NCBI GenBank assembly: GCA_000004985.1
Contig: GG738872.1
Length of the DNA: 64,000 bases
Origin: Naegleria gruberi
Lineage: Eukaryota
Direction: 5' to 3' (one strand)
Made by a program: the position numbers and the translations under genes. The notes beneath the pieces were generated by a model that worked only from the letters and a program-made list of their open reading frames with translations, made no database searches and had not been told where the DNA came from. This document shows, piece after piece, positions 46,682-58,163 of the stretch (the first letter of the stretch is position 1; every line of letters begins with the position of its first letter).

Positions 46682-48071
46682 TTTCTCGTATTAATTGTTT
46701 GTTGTTTTTTTGATTTTTGGAAAGTAAATAAACAGCATCTCGTTTAAATGCCAAGATATTGACGCACAAACACACAGAAAAATCCGCCAGGTGTCAACGC
46801 CAGTTGTCGTTTCAACATATTTTCAAATGGTTTGTGTTGGCTGATGCTACGGATACTAAAACTTCTTTGGGTATCAAGCATCCTCAATACGCCTCAATTA
46901 ACTGTTTGGTCATGTAACACAAAAAAGGAAAGTATGAATGTCATGTTTGTTTTGTTGGGGGAACACTTGGGTTACAATTTAAGATGGAAAAAAGGTTAGA
47001 GGTGGTTTTCTGGTATTTGAGATGTGATGCTTTGCTCAATTGAGAATGTGCTTTGTAATTTCTAACAAGATCTATTGGAACTATCATTAAAATAACTTGA
47101 GGTATTCTTCAATGCTGTTGTGTATTGAAAACAGTAGAATGTTTGGATTGGCAGTAAATTGGTTGCAGTGTTGATGAGGAGGAATTAATGATCGGATCTC
47201 TTGTTGTGAATGGAAATAAAAAAATACTAATCCATACAACTAAACATCGTATTGACCGAGAGACAAACTCTTTTAAGGGTTTCAATAATATGAATGCTAA
47301 TCTAATTGTTAATGAAATCTCTTAGGAGAAGCCTAATTAATATTTTCTGAGCCAATCAACAACAGTTAAACAAAGCGAATTTCCAATAAAGAGTCTGAAC
47401 ATGTGGGATTAATCTCCCTCCTCACAATGAATCCTAATTGTACGAGTTTGTCCTCATCAATTTTAGTTCTTGATCCCAATCCTCAAATTTGGATTAATTG
47501 GTGCACATTTTAAATTATTGTATTCGAATCTTTCACAAGTTGTCAATGTGTTGATATTTGATAAGTAGAATTGTAATAAGGACAATTTTGCAATTGGTCA
47601 TGCATTCTTTTCTCAGATATTAAATGTGAAATCTTCTATTGTAAAAGGATGACAATATCATGTCAATACCCAACAATACCGTTTCATAAATGTAAAAATA
47701 TATAATTGTAAACCGCCCAAGTTGAGATGAGTCTTTTTCACATGATGATTCCTTTAACCGGATTCCAATATTCCATTCCAATCAGCAAAATAGCTTATTC
47801 CTCTTCCATTCCATTCATTGAATAAACACTTGAATGCTAATCTACAGTTCATCATTTACAATTAAGATTGAAATCTGTACAGTTCTGTAAAACTGTCTAA
47901 TAATTAAGGTAATGAGGAATAGTTTTTTAAATTGTATTGCAATTTGAATCACTGAACCCAGAACATCTTATTATTCTAAGGCTTACAACTTTGTTTCAGA
48001 ATGGTGCAGTGCAAACTTTGGCAATAACTTAACAGAAACCTCCCACCATGATTATAATAAGAGGAATGAAC

Positions 48072-48124
48072 ATTTAGTATTATTTAATAATTATTTGCAA
48101 TTTAATTATTAAATAATACTAAAT
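48072..48124. repeat. Perfect 22-bp inverted repeat (arms 48072..48093 and 48103..48124) with a 9-bp spacer.
   Basis: The left arm is ATTTAGTATTATTTAATAATTA. The right arm, TAATTATTAAATAATACTAAAT, is its exact reverse complement. The spacer is TTTGCAATT. It lies about 550 bp upstream of the eIF2 gamma ATG, inside a gene-free interval of about 2 kb. Confidence 0.6.
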
Positions 48125-48670
48125 TAATTCACTATCGACAAGCAAAAAAGTTGCTGGTTAATAATAATATTTTCCATAGTACGGTGATGAATTGAACAAG
48201 TTATGTATCTTGTTTGAGAGTACAAAATGAAGTAAAAGAAAGCATTTGGAAATTTACCATGATAACACTGTTCGGTAATATTAAAAATTATTAATAAATT
48301 CAACCTCCAAATTGTGTTATTTTCATCATTTTCCTCCACATTCCAAGCGCAACTGGTAATTGAAAAAATCAGAGAAGTAATAATTGCCAAGGTTGCAAAT
48401 AACAAGCTTGTTCAATTTATTAATAATTTTTTAAAGCCTTTTAATACTGAGGGTCACAACATTGTAAATTTATTCTTCATTTTATTTTGTGCCTTGAAAA
48501 AAATATTCTCTCGTCGCGCAACAACAACTCACGTCGTCTTCTATTGAATTTGTGTTTTTCTTCTACTAGTAATTATTTAAAGCAGCAGAACAACAATAAC
48601 ATCATCAAACGAAGAACAATTTTTTTAAAAAACGAAGGAATATATAACAATATACAACAACAACAACAAG

Positions 48671-50266
48671 ATGGCTACTAATCTTTACGATCCTGTAATA
48701 GGAGACGAATTAAATTATAAAGGTGTGATGCTTCCACCACCATTCAGCGAAGCTAAAGTAAATTCAGAGGATGGCTTGTTGGAACAAAATCCACAAATCG
48801 ACCCAAAGAAACTTCATCCATTGACTCCAGAAGTTATTTCTCGTCAAGCTACTATTAACATTGGTACTATTGGACACGTCGCCCACGGTAAATCCACAGT
48901 CGTCAGAGCTATTTCTGGTGTTAAGACTATTCGTTTCAAGAATGAAATGGTTCGTAACATTACCATCAAGCTTGGTTATGCCAATGCCAAGATTTTCTTG
49001 TGTAGAGATCCTAAATGTCCAAGACCAGAATGTTATACATCACAAGGTTCTAACCATTGCGATCATTTCCCATGTGAAGTTGATGATTTCAAGGGTGAAT
49101 ATGAATTGGTTAGACACGTTTCTTTTGTCGATTGTCCAGGTCACGATATTCTCATGGCTACCATGTTGAACGGTGCCGCTGTCATGGATGCCGCTCTTTT
49201 ATTAATTGCTGGTAATGAACCATGTCCTCAACCACAAACATCAGAACATTTAGCTGCTGTAGAAATTATGAAATTGAAACATATTATTATTTTACAAAAT
49301 AAGATTGACTTGGTAAAGGAATCTGATGCTTTGAATCAATTTGATGAAATCAAACGTTTCGTTAAGGGAACTGTTGCTGATAATTCACCAATTATTCCAA
49401 TTTCTGCCCAATTGAAATACAATATTGACGTCGTTTGTGAACACATTGTGAAACGTATCCCAATTCCAATCCGTGATTTTACAAGCTCACCAAGATTGAT
49501 TGTCATTCGTAGTTTTGACGTTAACAAGCCAGGTGAAGCTGTTGAAAATCTTAAGGGTGGTGTTGCTGGTGGTTCTATTCTCAGAGGTGTTTTGAGGATT
49601 GGAGATGAAATTGAAGTTCGTCCAGGTATTGTGACTAAGGAAAAGGACGGTACTATCAAATGTAAACCAATTACAAGCAAAATTGTCAGTTTGTTCGCTG
49701 AAGAAAATGCTTTGCAATATGCTGTACCAGGTGGTTTGATTGGTGTTGGTACAAAGATTGATCCAACTCTTACTCGTGCCGATCGTTTGGTAGGTCAAGT
49801 TCTTGGTGAAGTTGGTAAATTACCAGAAGTTTACACTGAATTGGAAATTTCATACTTTTTACTTAGAAGACTTTTGGGTGTCAAGACTGACAATGAAAAG
49901 AAAGGAAAGATTCAAAAATTGCAAAAGGGTGAAGTCCTCATGATCAACATAGGTTCAACATCATCAGGTGGTAAAATCGTTGCTGTTAAGGCTGACTTGA
50001 CAAAGATTGTCCTTACTCAACCAGTTTGTACAGAAGTCGGTGAAAAGTTGGCTCTTTCCAGAAGAGTTGATAACCACTGGAGATTGATTGGTTGGGGTAG
50101 TATTGTCAGATTGAGCTCTGAACAAACAAAGCACGGTTTAGGTTTGGATATCAGTGGATCTGGTCTCAGAGAAAGTGGCTTGAATACTGAAGATATTAAC
50201 ACTGAAGTCGTCGAAGAAGAGCAAGCAGAAGATGAACAAGCCGACGAACAAGCTGATGAAGAGTAA
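48671..50266 (+). CDS. EIF2S3: Translation initiation factor eIF2 gamma subunit (EIF2S3/GCD11 family), single exon, 531 aa.
   Basis: The GTP-binding motifs are [14 protein letters not shown] and NKID. The zinc-ribbon Cys cluster is [25 protein letters not shown]. Domains II and III are typical of eIF2 gamma / aIF2 gamma. The C-terminus has an acidic tail ([17 protein letters not shown]). Stop is TAA at 50264-50266. Confidence 0.9.
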   Translation: MATNLYDPVIGDELNYKGVMLPPPFSEAKVNSEDGLLEQNPQIDPKKLHPLTPEVISRQATINIGTIGHVAHGKSTVVRAISGVKTIRFKNEMVRNITIKLGYANAKIFLCRDPKCPRPECYTSQGSNHCDHFPCEVDDFKGEYELVRHVSFVDCPGHDILMATMLNGAAVMDAALLLIAGNEPCPQPQTSEHLAAVEIMKLKHIIILQNKIDLVKESDALNQFDEIKRFVKGTVADNSPIIPISAQLKYNIDVVCEHIVKRIPIPIRDFTSSPRLIVIRSFDVNKPGEAVENLKGGVAGGSILRGVLRIGDEIEVRPGIVTKEKDGTIKCKPITSKIVSLFAEENALQYAVPGGLIGVGTKIDPTLTRADRLVGQVLGEVGKLPEVYTELEISYFLLRRLLGVKTDNEKKGKIQKLQKGEVLMINIGSTSSGGKIVAVKADLTKIVLTQPVCTEVGEKLALSRRVDNHWRLIGWGSIVRLSSEQTKHGLGLDISGSGLRESGLNTEDINTEVVEEEQAEDEQADEQADEE

Positions 50267-50419
50267 ATTAATTACCTATTTTGTATCTATTAATCCTTAA
50301 AATAAAAAATATAAAAAAATTTTCTTTAAATTCTTTTGTTGTTTCCTTATTTTGGAGCAGACCGAACATTGACAGTATTGTAATCAAAATCCAACAATTG
50401 TTGTAGAAATTCAAAAAAT

Positions 50420-53400
50420 TTATTCATCATCTTCCATTGAATCAGAGTCTTCACCTTCTTCCTCTTCATCTTCGCCTTCATCATCTTCTGCTCCTTCTGT
50501 AATTTCATCACAAGACATGTCGCTCTTTGGAGCTGATACTGTTACACCCAATTCTGTGGCAAGATATTCCTTGAGTGAGGAGTAGGTCTTTAGATATCCA
50601 ATCTTTTCCAAATCATCTTTAATTGGATATTCATTTGAAATCTTTCCTGCATTATCACAAATGAACAAGGCACCTTCATTTTCAAGGAAGAGTGGCAACA
50701 AGTATTGCTTGATAACTCTCTTCACATCGCTCACTGTTACCTTTCCGATATCTTGGAGATTTTCGTAAAAGTTTCTTGGTCCATTAAACAAGGTGTTGGT
50801 TAAGAATCGAGAGTAGGCAGCTGAAATAATAGTCTCTGCATTATTCAATTTTTCAACAACTGTGGTTGCCTTGGCAGGTTCGAGTGCAGATTCATTAAGC
50901 TTCAAGACATTTTCACTTGGTTCTTCATCAGAGCAAACAGCTTCAATAATTGCCTTTGATTCAGCATAGGCCTTGGAAACATTTCCAACACGAGACAAAT
51001 ACAGGCCTACTGATCCCTTATCTACATTACTAATGATGGAGTAACCATAACACAATCCTTTACCTCTGAGTTTGACCCAGAATGGTCCTTCTTCGCCAGT
51101 CAAAAAGTTAATGGCAACACTTAGAGAATGTCTGTCATGATAATTCAAATAATCAGTAATACCCTTATGAACTTTCAAAAGGAATGCAGAATCAGTTGAT
51201 CCCATACCTAATAAAATACCTCTATTAACATGTTCGACATATTCAGTAGTTGATCTACATAATCCATTCATTGATTGGACTCGTGCAGTAGAATCGCAGA
51301 GAGNNNNNNNNNNNNNNNNNNNNNNNNNNNNNNNNNNNNNNNNNNNNNNNNNNNNNNNNNNNNNNNNNNNNNNNNNNNNNNNNNNNNNNNNNNNNNNNNN
51401 NNNNNNNNNNNNNNNNNNNNNNNNNNNNNNNNNNNNNNNNNNNNNNNNNNNNNNNNNNNNNNNNNNNNNNNNNNNNNNNNNNNNNNNNNNNNNNNNNNNN
51501 NNNNNNNNNNNNNNNNNNNNNNNNNNNNNNNNNNNNNNNNNNNNNNNNNNNNNNNNNNNNNNNNNNNNNNNNNNNNNNNNNNNNNNNNNNNNNNNNNNNN
51601 NNNNNNNNNNNNNNNNNNNNNNNNNNNNNNNNNNNNNNNNNNNNNNNNNNNNNNNNNNNNNNNNNNNNNNNNNNNNNNNNNNNNNNNNNNNNNNNNNNNN
51701 NNNNNNNNNNNNNNNNNNNNNNNNNNNNNNNNNNNNNNNNNNNNNNNNNNNNNNNNNNNNNNNNNNNNNNNNNNNNNNNNNNNNNNNNNNNNNNNNNNNN
51801 NNNNNNNNTTGTAAATTCTTACCTCCATCACCACTATCATTATCACCTCCACAAGTGTAAGAGTTAGAAACAGATTCTCTCATGAGACTCATAATGACAT
51901 TTTCCTTCTTGATATATTGACTTGGATCCTCACCAAGTTTCATATCACATGAAAAGTTGAGAGCCAAAAACAAAGGAATGTACATTTTAAGATCGAGTGG
52001 AACATTGCTCGAGTCCATTAAACAGAACATTTCCACAAATCTCGATGCAATAGAAGTAATTTGAAGGAAGAATGGAAGTGGTGAAATGTGATCCTTCAAC
52101 TTTTCAGCAAGCACCTTATCGTATGGTGTTTGAACAAATGAAGGATTATTATCATTTCTATAGGTGGCAATGTGAATCTCCTCAATGCTGTCCAAGGTTG
52201 GGATTGGGAATTTCTCCTTGAGGAATTTTTCATCGATTGGCTTGGTATTGGCCTCTTCAGCTTGTTTGAGACGAGTTTCTAATTCTTTCAATTTGGCTTC
52301 ACCGAGTCTTGTCTTTTGTTCCTCAATTCTCTTAGTATTTTCATCGGCCATATCCTTGGCTTTTTGAGCAGAAGGAGTAGCTCTCAAGACAACATTCTCA
52401 GTGGAGAGAATGTACTTTTCAATCAAGTCCTTCCAGAATTGTTCGTCCTTCTTGGCCAACTCTTCGGAAATGAGATCAACATCGAGAACTTGTCTACAAT
52501 CTTGATTATCAGTGCTGTACAAAAAGTCCTCAATCAAGACACTAGAGAAGGTTTCATGAGGAGAGGTTTCATATGAACGCAAGCTATCCAATCTGTCTCT
52601 ATTAATGACCAACTTGAAATATTCGAGGTCAATCTTTACATTTCTCATAAAATCATAAAACTTTTCCACAATGGTATCATATCTATCTGGTTCAACATTA
52701 ATAAAACAAATCTTGTGGGTATTTTCAAAGGTTCTATCAACAGAAGCATAGACATCTCCACACCAAACATCTCCACTCTCATTCTCTATAAATTCCTTTC
52801 TAATTGGAGCAATATCACCACTAGTGAGTGCACTCCAAACAATATCCAATGCATAGGATGTTGCAAAATCCTTCCAAGGTGTTGCTCTCCAACCAATGGT
52901 AACATAAAATCCAGAATCTTCCTCATCCGATGGATAAACAATGTCTTTAGAGATTGATGAAGTCAACTTTGGAAGTGATTGCTTCCAAATATTCAAATCC
53001 AATTGTGGATTAATAGTTGGTTCTCGGTTCAATACTTTTTGTTCAATAGAATCATTAACAGAGTCAATCAATTCTTCAACAGAAGTGTTACCCACAACAA
53101 TAACATTGAAATTTTGTGGACAATAGTATTCCTTGTGGAATTGCCTAACTTTTTCAATGGTCAATTCTCTCAAATTTGAAACTCTTCCACCAAAATTATA
53201 TTGATATCCTTCACTCTTATCAAACATTAATTCATTAAATACCATATAAATTAATTCATCAGGTGCATTCTCTCTTCCGAGCATTTCATTATATACAACA
53301 CCACTATTCTGACCAGATCCATCAATGTGATGAATTTCAGTGATGAAAGCATTATCACTCAATGTAGGATATAAAATATGATCCAAATAAACTGGTAATA

Positions 53401-53710
53401 ATCTGTAAAATCCTTCCTTTCCTGCTGTTGTCAATTCATAGGTTGTATTAGTATTTTGAGTATATGCATTTGTACCTTGAGCAAAGCATCTATTTGCAAC
53501 CTTATCCAAGATACCCTTGTATGGATATTCTTCACTTCCCATGAAAATTAAATGTTCCAAAACATGAGGAATACCATCATGATCGGCAGGTCTTGTTCTC
53601 ACTGTTAAATAGGCCTTCATAATTGGTGATTGAATTTTGGCCAATGTAATCAACATGCCCGTCTTGATGGATCTATACTTGTAAATGGTACCATAATTTA
53701 AATAATCGAA
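50420..53710 (-). CDS. M16C-family zinc metallopeptidase, presequence protease (PreP/PITRM1/Cym1)-like. It is partial: the N-terminus lies in the gap at 53711..54215, and there is an internal gap at 51304..51808.
   Basis: The inverted zinc-binding motif HVLEHLIFMGSEEYP is present (HxxEH), and the following block (...GTNAYTQNTNTTYELTT) is collinear with PreP. The open frame extends upstream of the first Met (FDYLNYGTIYKYRSIKTG...) into the N-run. The ORF is about 1,100 aa and has an acidic C-terminal tail. Stop is at 50420. Confidence 0.75.
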   Translation of the reverse strand, partial: FDYLNYGTIYKYRSIKTGMLITLAKIQSPIMKAYLTVRTRPADHDGIPHVLEHLIFMGSEEYPYKGILDKVANRCFAQGTNAYTQNTNTTYELTTAGKEGFYRLLPVYLDHILYPTLSDNAFITEIHHIDGSGQNSGVVYNEMLGRENAPDELIYMVFNELMFDKSEGYQYNFGGRVSNLRELTIEKVRQFHKEYYCPQNFNVIVVGNTSVEELIDSVNDSIEQKVLNREPTINPQLDLNIWKQSLPKLTSSISKDIVYPSDEEDSGFYVTIGWRATPWKDFATSYALDIVWSALTSGDIAPIRKEFIENESGDVWCGDVYASVDRTFENTHKICFINVEPDRYDTIVEKFYDFMRNVKIDLEYFKLVINRDRLDSLRSYETSPHETFSSVLIEDFLYSTDNQDCRQVLDVDLISEELAKKDEQFWKDLIEKYILSTENVVLRATPSAQKAKDMADENTKRIEEQKTRLGEAKLKELETRLKQAEEANTKPIDEKFLKEKFPIPTLDSIEEIHIATYRNDNNPSFVQTPYDKVLAEKLKDHISPLPFFLQITSIASRFVEMFCLMDSSNVPLDLKMYIPLFLALNFSCDMKLGEDPSQYIKKENVIMSLMRESVSNSYTCGGDNDSGDGGKNLQXXXXXXXXXXXXXXXXXXXXXXXXXXXXXXXXXXXXXXXXXXXXXXXXXXXXXXXXXXXXXXXXXXXXXXXXXXXXXXXXXXXXXXXXXXXXXXXXXXXXXXXXXXXXXXXXXXXXXXXXXXXXXXXXXXXXXXXXXXXXXXXXXXXXXXXXXXXXXXXXXXXXXXXXXLCDSTARVQSMNGLCRSTTEYVEHVNRGILLGMGSTDSAFLLKVHKGITDYLNYHDRHSLSVAINFLTGEEGPFWVKLRGKGLCYGYSIISNVDKGSVGLYLSRVGNVSKAYAESKAIIEAVCSDEEPSENVLKLNESALEPAKATTVVEKLNNAETIISAAYSRFLTNTLFNGPRNFYENLQDIGKVTVSDVKRVIKQYLLPLFLENEGALFICDNAGKISNEYPIKDDLEKIGYLKTYSSLKEYLATELGVTVSAPKSDMSCDEITEGAEDDEGEDEEEEGEDSDSMEDDE
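51304..51808. other. Assembly gap (505 N) inside the M16C peptidase gene.
   Basis: A run of N. ORFs that translate as poly-X across it are artefacts. Confidence 0.95.
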
Positions 53711-54215
53711 NNNNNNNNNNNNNNNNNNNNNNNNNNNNNNNNNNNNNNNNNNNNNNNNNNNNNNNNNNNNNNNNNNNNNNNNNNNNNNNNNNNNNNNNNN
53801 NNNNNNNNNNNNNNNNNNNNNNNNNNNNNNNNNNNNNNNNNNNNNNNNNNNNNNNNNNNNNNNNNNNNNNNNNNNNNNNNNNNNNNNNNNNNNNNNNNNN
53901 NNNNNNNNNNNNNNNNNNNNNNNNNNNNNNNNNNNNNNNNNNNNNNNNNNNNNNNNNNNNNNNNNNNNNNNNNNNNNNNNNNNNNNNNNNNNNNNNNNNN
54001 NNNNNNNNNNNNNNNNNNNNNNNNNNNNNNNNNNNNNNNNNNNNNNNNNNNNNNNNNNNNNNNNNNNNNNNNNNNNNNNNNNNNNNNNNNNNNNNNNNNN
54101 NNNNNNNNNNNNNNNNNNNNNNNNNNNNNNNNNNNNNNNNNNNNNNNNNNNNNNNNNNNNNNNNNNNNNNNNNNNNNNNNNNNNNNNNNNNNNNNNNNNN
54201 NNNNNNNNNNNNNNN
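53711..54215. other. Assembly gap (505 N) between the 5' ends of the M16C peptidase gene (minus) and the cathepsin B-like gene 1 (plus).
   Basis: A run of N. Both flanking reading frames stay open into the gap. Confidence 0.95.
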
Positions 54216-55795
54216 TGGTCATTCCAAAAAACTAAACCAATCTATGATAATCAAGTTATTTACAATCAATGCAGCATTGATAAAGCCAATCTCCCACAGG
54301 AATCCCCAATTGAAACATTCAATGTTGCATTAAAAGTTCCAGATATTGCTCTTCTTAAGAAAAACAGTAAAGTTGTCCAAAAAGGAAAATGGACCTTAAT
54401 TTGGAATCAAGGAATGGAAATTCGTTTTTCAAATTTCAGATATTTTGCCTTTTTTAATTATACTATGAATGCAGAGGGAGTTTCTACTTCAAATTGTAGT
54501 AGAATTCTTATGGGTACTTATCACGATAATTCTGTGAACGCTGCCAAGTGGGGATGCTTTATTGGTGATAGGATTAAGGTGCCAAAAAGTGCTAAAAGAT
54601 TTTTGACAGATGTCAGTTTGAGTTCTGGAAATGTAGAGGGTAGATCTGAGAGAGATGATAGAAAATATGAAGATTATCAATATGTAGAAGAATTAAATAA
54701 GGTACAAAAGAGTTGGAAGGCATCAATCAATAATCAATTTAAAGGAATGACAATTGGTCAATTGAAAAGTATTTATCTCAAAAAACAAAAAAGAGTTTCT
54801 ATTGCATCCAGAGATTTTATCAACAATGAATTGAAAAAGAAAGCTACCACCCGTCATCCCTCATCTGGAGGTCAATTCATATTCAATGGTGAAATTGACA
54901 GATATGAATGGATTAGTGATGAGGAAATTTCAAAAATTCCTGAAGAATTTTCATGGGAAGATGTGAATGGTCAAGATTATTTGACCCCTGTGAGAAACCA
55001 GTACAGTTGTGGATCATGCTTTGCTTTCGGTGAGTTTCAGATTCTGTAAAACTAATATTCGAATATTATTTAATTAAGGCACCAGTGAAATGCTTGGAAT
55101 GAGAGTTAGAATTAAGAGCGGTCTTTCCAAAACCGACATATTCTCTCCACAAGCCATTGTCGATTGTAGTCCTTATTCTCAAGGGTAGGTTCAATCTTTC
55201 GAATTTCATTATTCTAAACATTTCTAATTTTGTTTTATCAAAAAACTATAGCTGCAGTGGAGGATGTGTCTATCTTGCCTCCAAATATGTACAAGATTAT
55301 GGACTCGTTCTCGATCAATGTCTCCCTTACAATGCCTCAATGAGAGTTGCCCAAACATGCACCATCAATCAACAAACTGCATGTACAAAATTGAGAGTTT
55401 CGAATTATTACAATGTTGGTGGTTATTATGGAGCTTCAAATGAATTGAACATTATGATGGATGTCTTGAAAAGAGGTCCAATTGTTGCTGGATTTATGGT
55501 TTACAATGACTTTTTCTATTACAAGAGTGGTATTTATACTCACATTCCAACAGAAAAATACGAAACTTCATCAACAGATAAGAAATTACCCAAATTTTAC
55601 TACATTAATCACACATTAATCATTTATGGATGGGGAATCGACAAGTCAACTGGTCAAAAATATTGGAATATTCAAAATTCTTGGGGATCTAAAGATTGGG
55701 GAATGAAAGGTCGTGGTCTTGTTGCTAGAGGTGATAACACTGGATTTATTGAAAGTGATGCTGAAGCTGCAATTCCAATCATTTCAAATCTTTGA
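54216..55795 (+). CDS. Cathepsin B-like papain-family cysteine peptidase, gene 1, with a long N-terminal extension. The 5' end is truncated by the gap. Exons: 54216..55029, 55079..55184 and 55252..55795.
   Basis: The reading frame is open from the gap edge. The active-site Cys block is CGSCFAFG, with F in place of the usual W. Exon 2 has the CSPYSQG|CSGGC occluding-loop region. The His and Asn blocks are HTLIIYGWG and NSWGSKDWGMKGRG. Introns are 55030..55078 (GTGAGT...TTAAG, 49 nt) and 55185..55251 (GTAGGT...CTATAG, 67 nt). Stop is TGA at 55793-55795. Confidence 0.7.
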
Positions 55796-55985
55796 AAATA
55801 AAGAAATCTTTGAAGAATTTTTTAGATTTTTCCAATTAAATTCTCATTTCTCACTCAAAATTGTAAATGAAAAAATTGTAAATTGCATTGTTAAATCTCA
55901 GTTGATAATTGAGAATCTCCATGATTCCAGTTCGCAGAACTTATAAAAAGTCAAAAGGATCTTTTATTAAAGGTAAGTAAAAAAA

Positions 55986-56462
55986 ATGTCAACGTTCAGT
56001 GAGCTGCCATCAGAGCTACAAATTGAAATATTTTCAAATCTATCGGTCATACATTTAGGAAAAATTCTATCCATCAACAAATCCACACATGATCAACTTT
56101 TGCAGTCGGAAGTCTTTTGGAAATCATTGATCAAAAATTATTCGAAACTTTCAGGAGATTCAAATCAATCCTGTGATGAATTATTCGACATTTCTGAGGT
56201 AAAGAATCAACTAATCGACATGATCCGATATAAAAATATGAAAACCCAATTTCTACGCAAGAAATGTATAGAATTCGAATACACGTTAAGAGAATTACTA
56301 GAAGTTCAAGCAGAATTACAAAGTGTACTCCAGTTCAGACCTGAAAAGAACGAATCTCAAAAAATCAATAGGGAAATTGAGAGCATCCAAGAAGAGGTTG
56401 CCAATACCAGAAAGAAAATGGATGCATTGGAAGAAAGTTTGGAGAAAATGACAATTGATTAA
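55986..56462 (+). CDS. Small F-box-like protein (158 aa) with a C-terminal coiled-coil.
   Basis: ATG at 55986. The N-terminus MSTFSELPSELQIEIFSNLSVIHLGKILSINKSTHDQLL fits the F-box pattern. The C-terminal half is heptad-like (LRELLEVQAELQSVLQ...EVANTRKKMDALEESLEKM). Confidence 0.4.
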   Translation: MSTFSELPSELQIEIFSNLSVIHLGKILSINKSTHDQLLQSEVFWKSLIKNYSKLSGDSNQSCDELFDISEVKNQLIDMIRYKNMKTQFLRKKCIEFEYTLRELLEVQAELQSVLQFRPEKNESQKINREIESIQEEVANTRKKMDALEESLEKMTID

Positions 56463-56852
56463 AGCATTATTATTTTTCATTTCATAAATGCAATTTTCTC
56501 CTTCAGGTGAATAAATTATTATTCTGCAATTTTGCAGTTAGGTCAAGAGTTCAGAAATTTTGAGAAGGAAACAAATTCAAGTTCGAAATTAATTTCGTCA
56601 TTCTGTAATCACTTTAAATATTCTAAAATCAAGAGAGTTACTAGTTCACAATCCATTGTCCGAACTGGCCAATTCATGGCTAAATTAAAGAAACAACTGG
56701 CCTTAATAAATTTTTGCAGGAGTTGTAAACTCCGTATTGGGAGTTTCTAAAGAGGAGTTTCTGGTCAAAAAGAACAACTGTAAAACAATGAGTCAAAATA
56801 CAAGACCGTCATCATCATCATTAAATTATATATAACCCTATGCATTGGAATA

Positions 56853-58022
56853 TTGCTGGCTCTCCTTGCGGTGTGGAACTGCAAAGTTGAAGCAGCTCAA
56901 ATACGCCAATTTAACAACAATTTAGAAGGAAAACAGTTGCAAAACAAGCACTCCTATGAAAGTGCACATCCTGAATCAGATATTGCTTGGGAAAATTTAC
57001 CAGTTCATGATGAAAATTTCAACAATTTTATTAACAAACATACGAGAGGTTGGTGGCAAGCAGGAAATAACAAAGTTTTCACAGGAAGAAAACTCAAAGA
57101 CATCCTAAATAGAGGTTCACATTTAAGGAGAAGAAAAGGTCAACATGTAAAAAATAACTATTCAGTAGTCAACTCAAAGATTGTGAAAATTTCAAACTAT
57201 TCCATTCCTCCAGCTTATTCCTTATTGGAAGATCCAAAATTTTCCTCATGTAAACAATTATCACTCATTAGAGATGAACAACAATGTGGATGTTGGGCCT
57301 TTGTAGTTGCTGAAGTTGTTTCTGATAGATTTTGTGTTTCATCCAAGACGAAAGTGAATGAAGTGTTATCGCCTCAATACTTAATTTCATGCGATTCCAA
57401 CAATGGTGGTTGTAGTTATGGATATTTCGATACTGCCTTTCAATTTGTTGAAAATCAAGGCATTGGTAAGTTGAAAACTCACAAATTTTCTCATGAACTT
57501 GTTTCACAGTCACTGAAAATTGCTTTCCATTCGTTTCAGGTGAAGGGAACTACATTCCCCCTTGTCCAAAAAAGTGTCTCGCCTATAATCCTTTCACCCT
57601 CTTCAAGGTCAACAACTCCCGTGCCTTCCTTCCACAGGACATCCAAGGAATGCAATTGAGCATTATGAACGGAGGTTCTCTAGCTGCCTCTCTCGATATT
57701 TACAGAGATTTTGTGCAATACAGGGGTGGTGTGTATAGACATTTGGTGGGAAATTACATGTTTACTCATTCAGTGAGGATTGTTGGGTGGGGAATTACCT
57801 CTCCTCAACAGGGAAGCATTCCATATTGTATGTACTTTTAGGAATTTTATTAACTTTGTGTATTTTTTTAAAATTGAAAAATTGAAAATTTCTAATTTAG
57901 GGATTTGTGGAAATAATTGGACAGAAGAGTGGGGTATGCAAGGTTGGTTCTGGATCCTTAGAGGTTCCAATGAATGTAATATCGAACTAGATGTGTGGGA
58001 AACTACTCCAATAATCAATTAA
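56853..58022 (+). CDS. Cathepsin B-like cysteine peptidase, gene 2; tandem paralogue of gene 1. Exons: about 56784/56853..57465, 57540..57827 and 57901..58022. The 5' start is unresolved.
   Basis: The active-site block is QQCGCWAFVVAEVVSDRFC. The occluding-loop region is CPKKCLAYNPF. The His and Asn blocks are HSVRIVGWG and NNWTEEWGMQGWFWILRGSNECNIE. Introns are 57466..57539 (GTAAGT...TTTCAG, 74 nt) and 57828..57900 (GTATGT...AATTTAG, 73 nt). The frame stays open upstream through a signal-peptide-like stretch (ITLCIGILLALLAVWNCKVEA), but the only ATG nearby (56788) is out of frame. The track M at 56853 is a TTG. Confidence 0.7.
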
Positions 58023-58163
58023 TAAATATTATTAAAAATATTTATTAATAGATAACAAAATATTTAACAAAAATTTCTTTCGTCAGGAAACAACAGTTTT
58101 AGTTTGAATCTTTGATAAAAGAAAATTGTAAGTTTAATTTTTTTAATAATTTGCAATAAAAAA

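Noticed and set aside
46682-48670. A transposon or mobile element in the 2-kb gene-free interval (considered because of the 22-bp inverted repeat and a 14-mer direct repeat).
   Set aside because: No transposase, reverse transcriptase or integrase ORF is present. There is no second matching terminal repeat and there are no target-site duplications. The inverted repeat is reported only as an isolated palindrome.
48124-48681. Short ORFs 48124..48405 (-), 48314..48547 (+) and 48487..48681 (+) just upstream of eIF2 gamma.
   Set aside because: They lie in AT-rich promoter DNA. Their Asn/Ile/Phe-rich translations show no domain and have no intron or start support.
51268-51852. ORFs translating as poly-X (51268..51852, 51275..51814, 53698..54222).
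   Set aside because: They consist almost entirely of N-run sequence and are artefacts of the gap.
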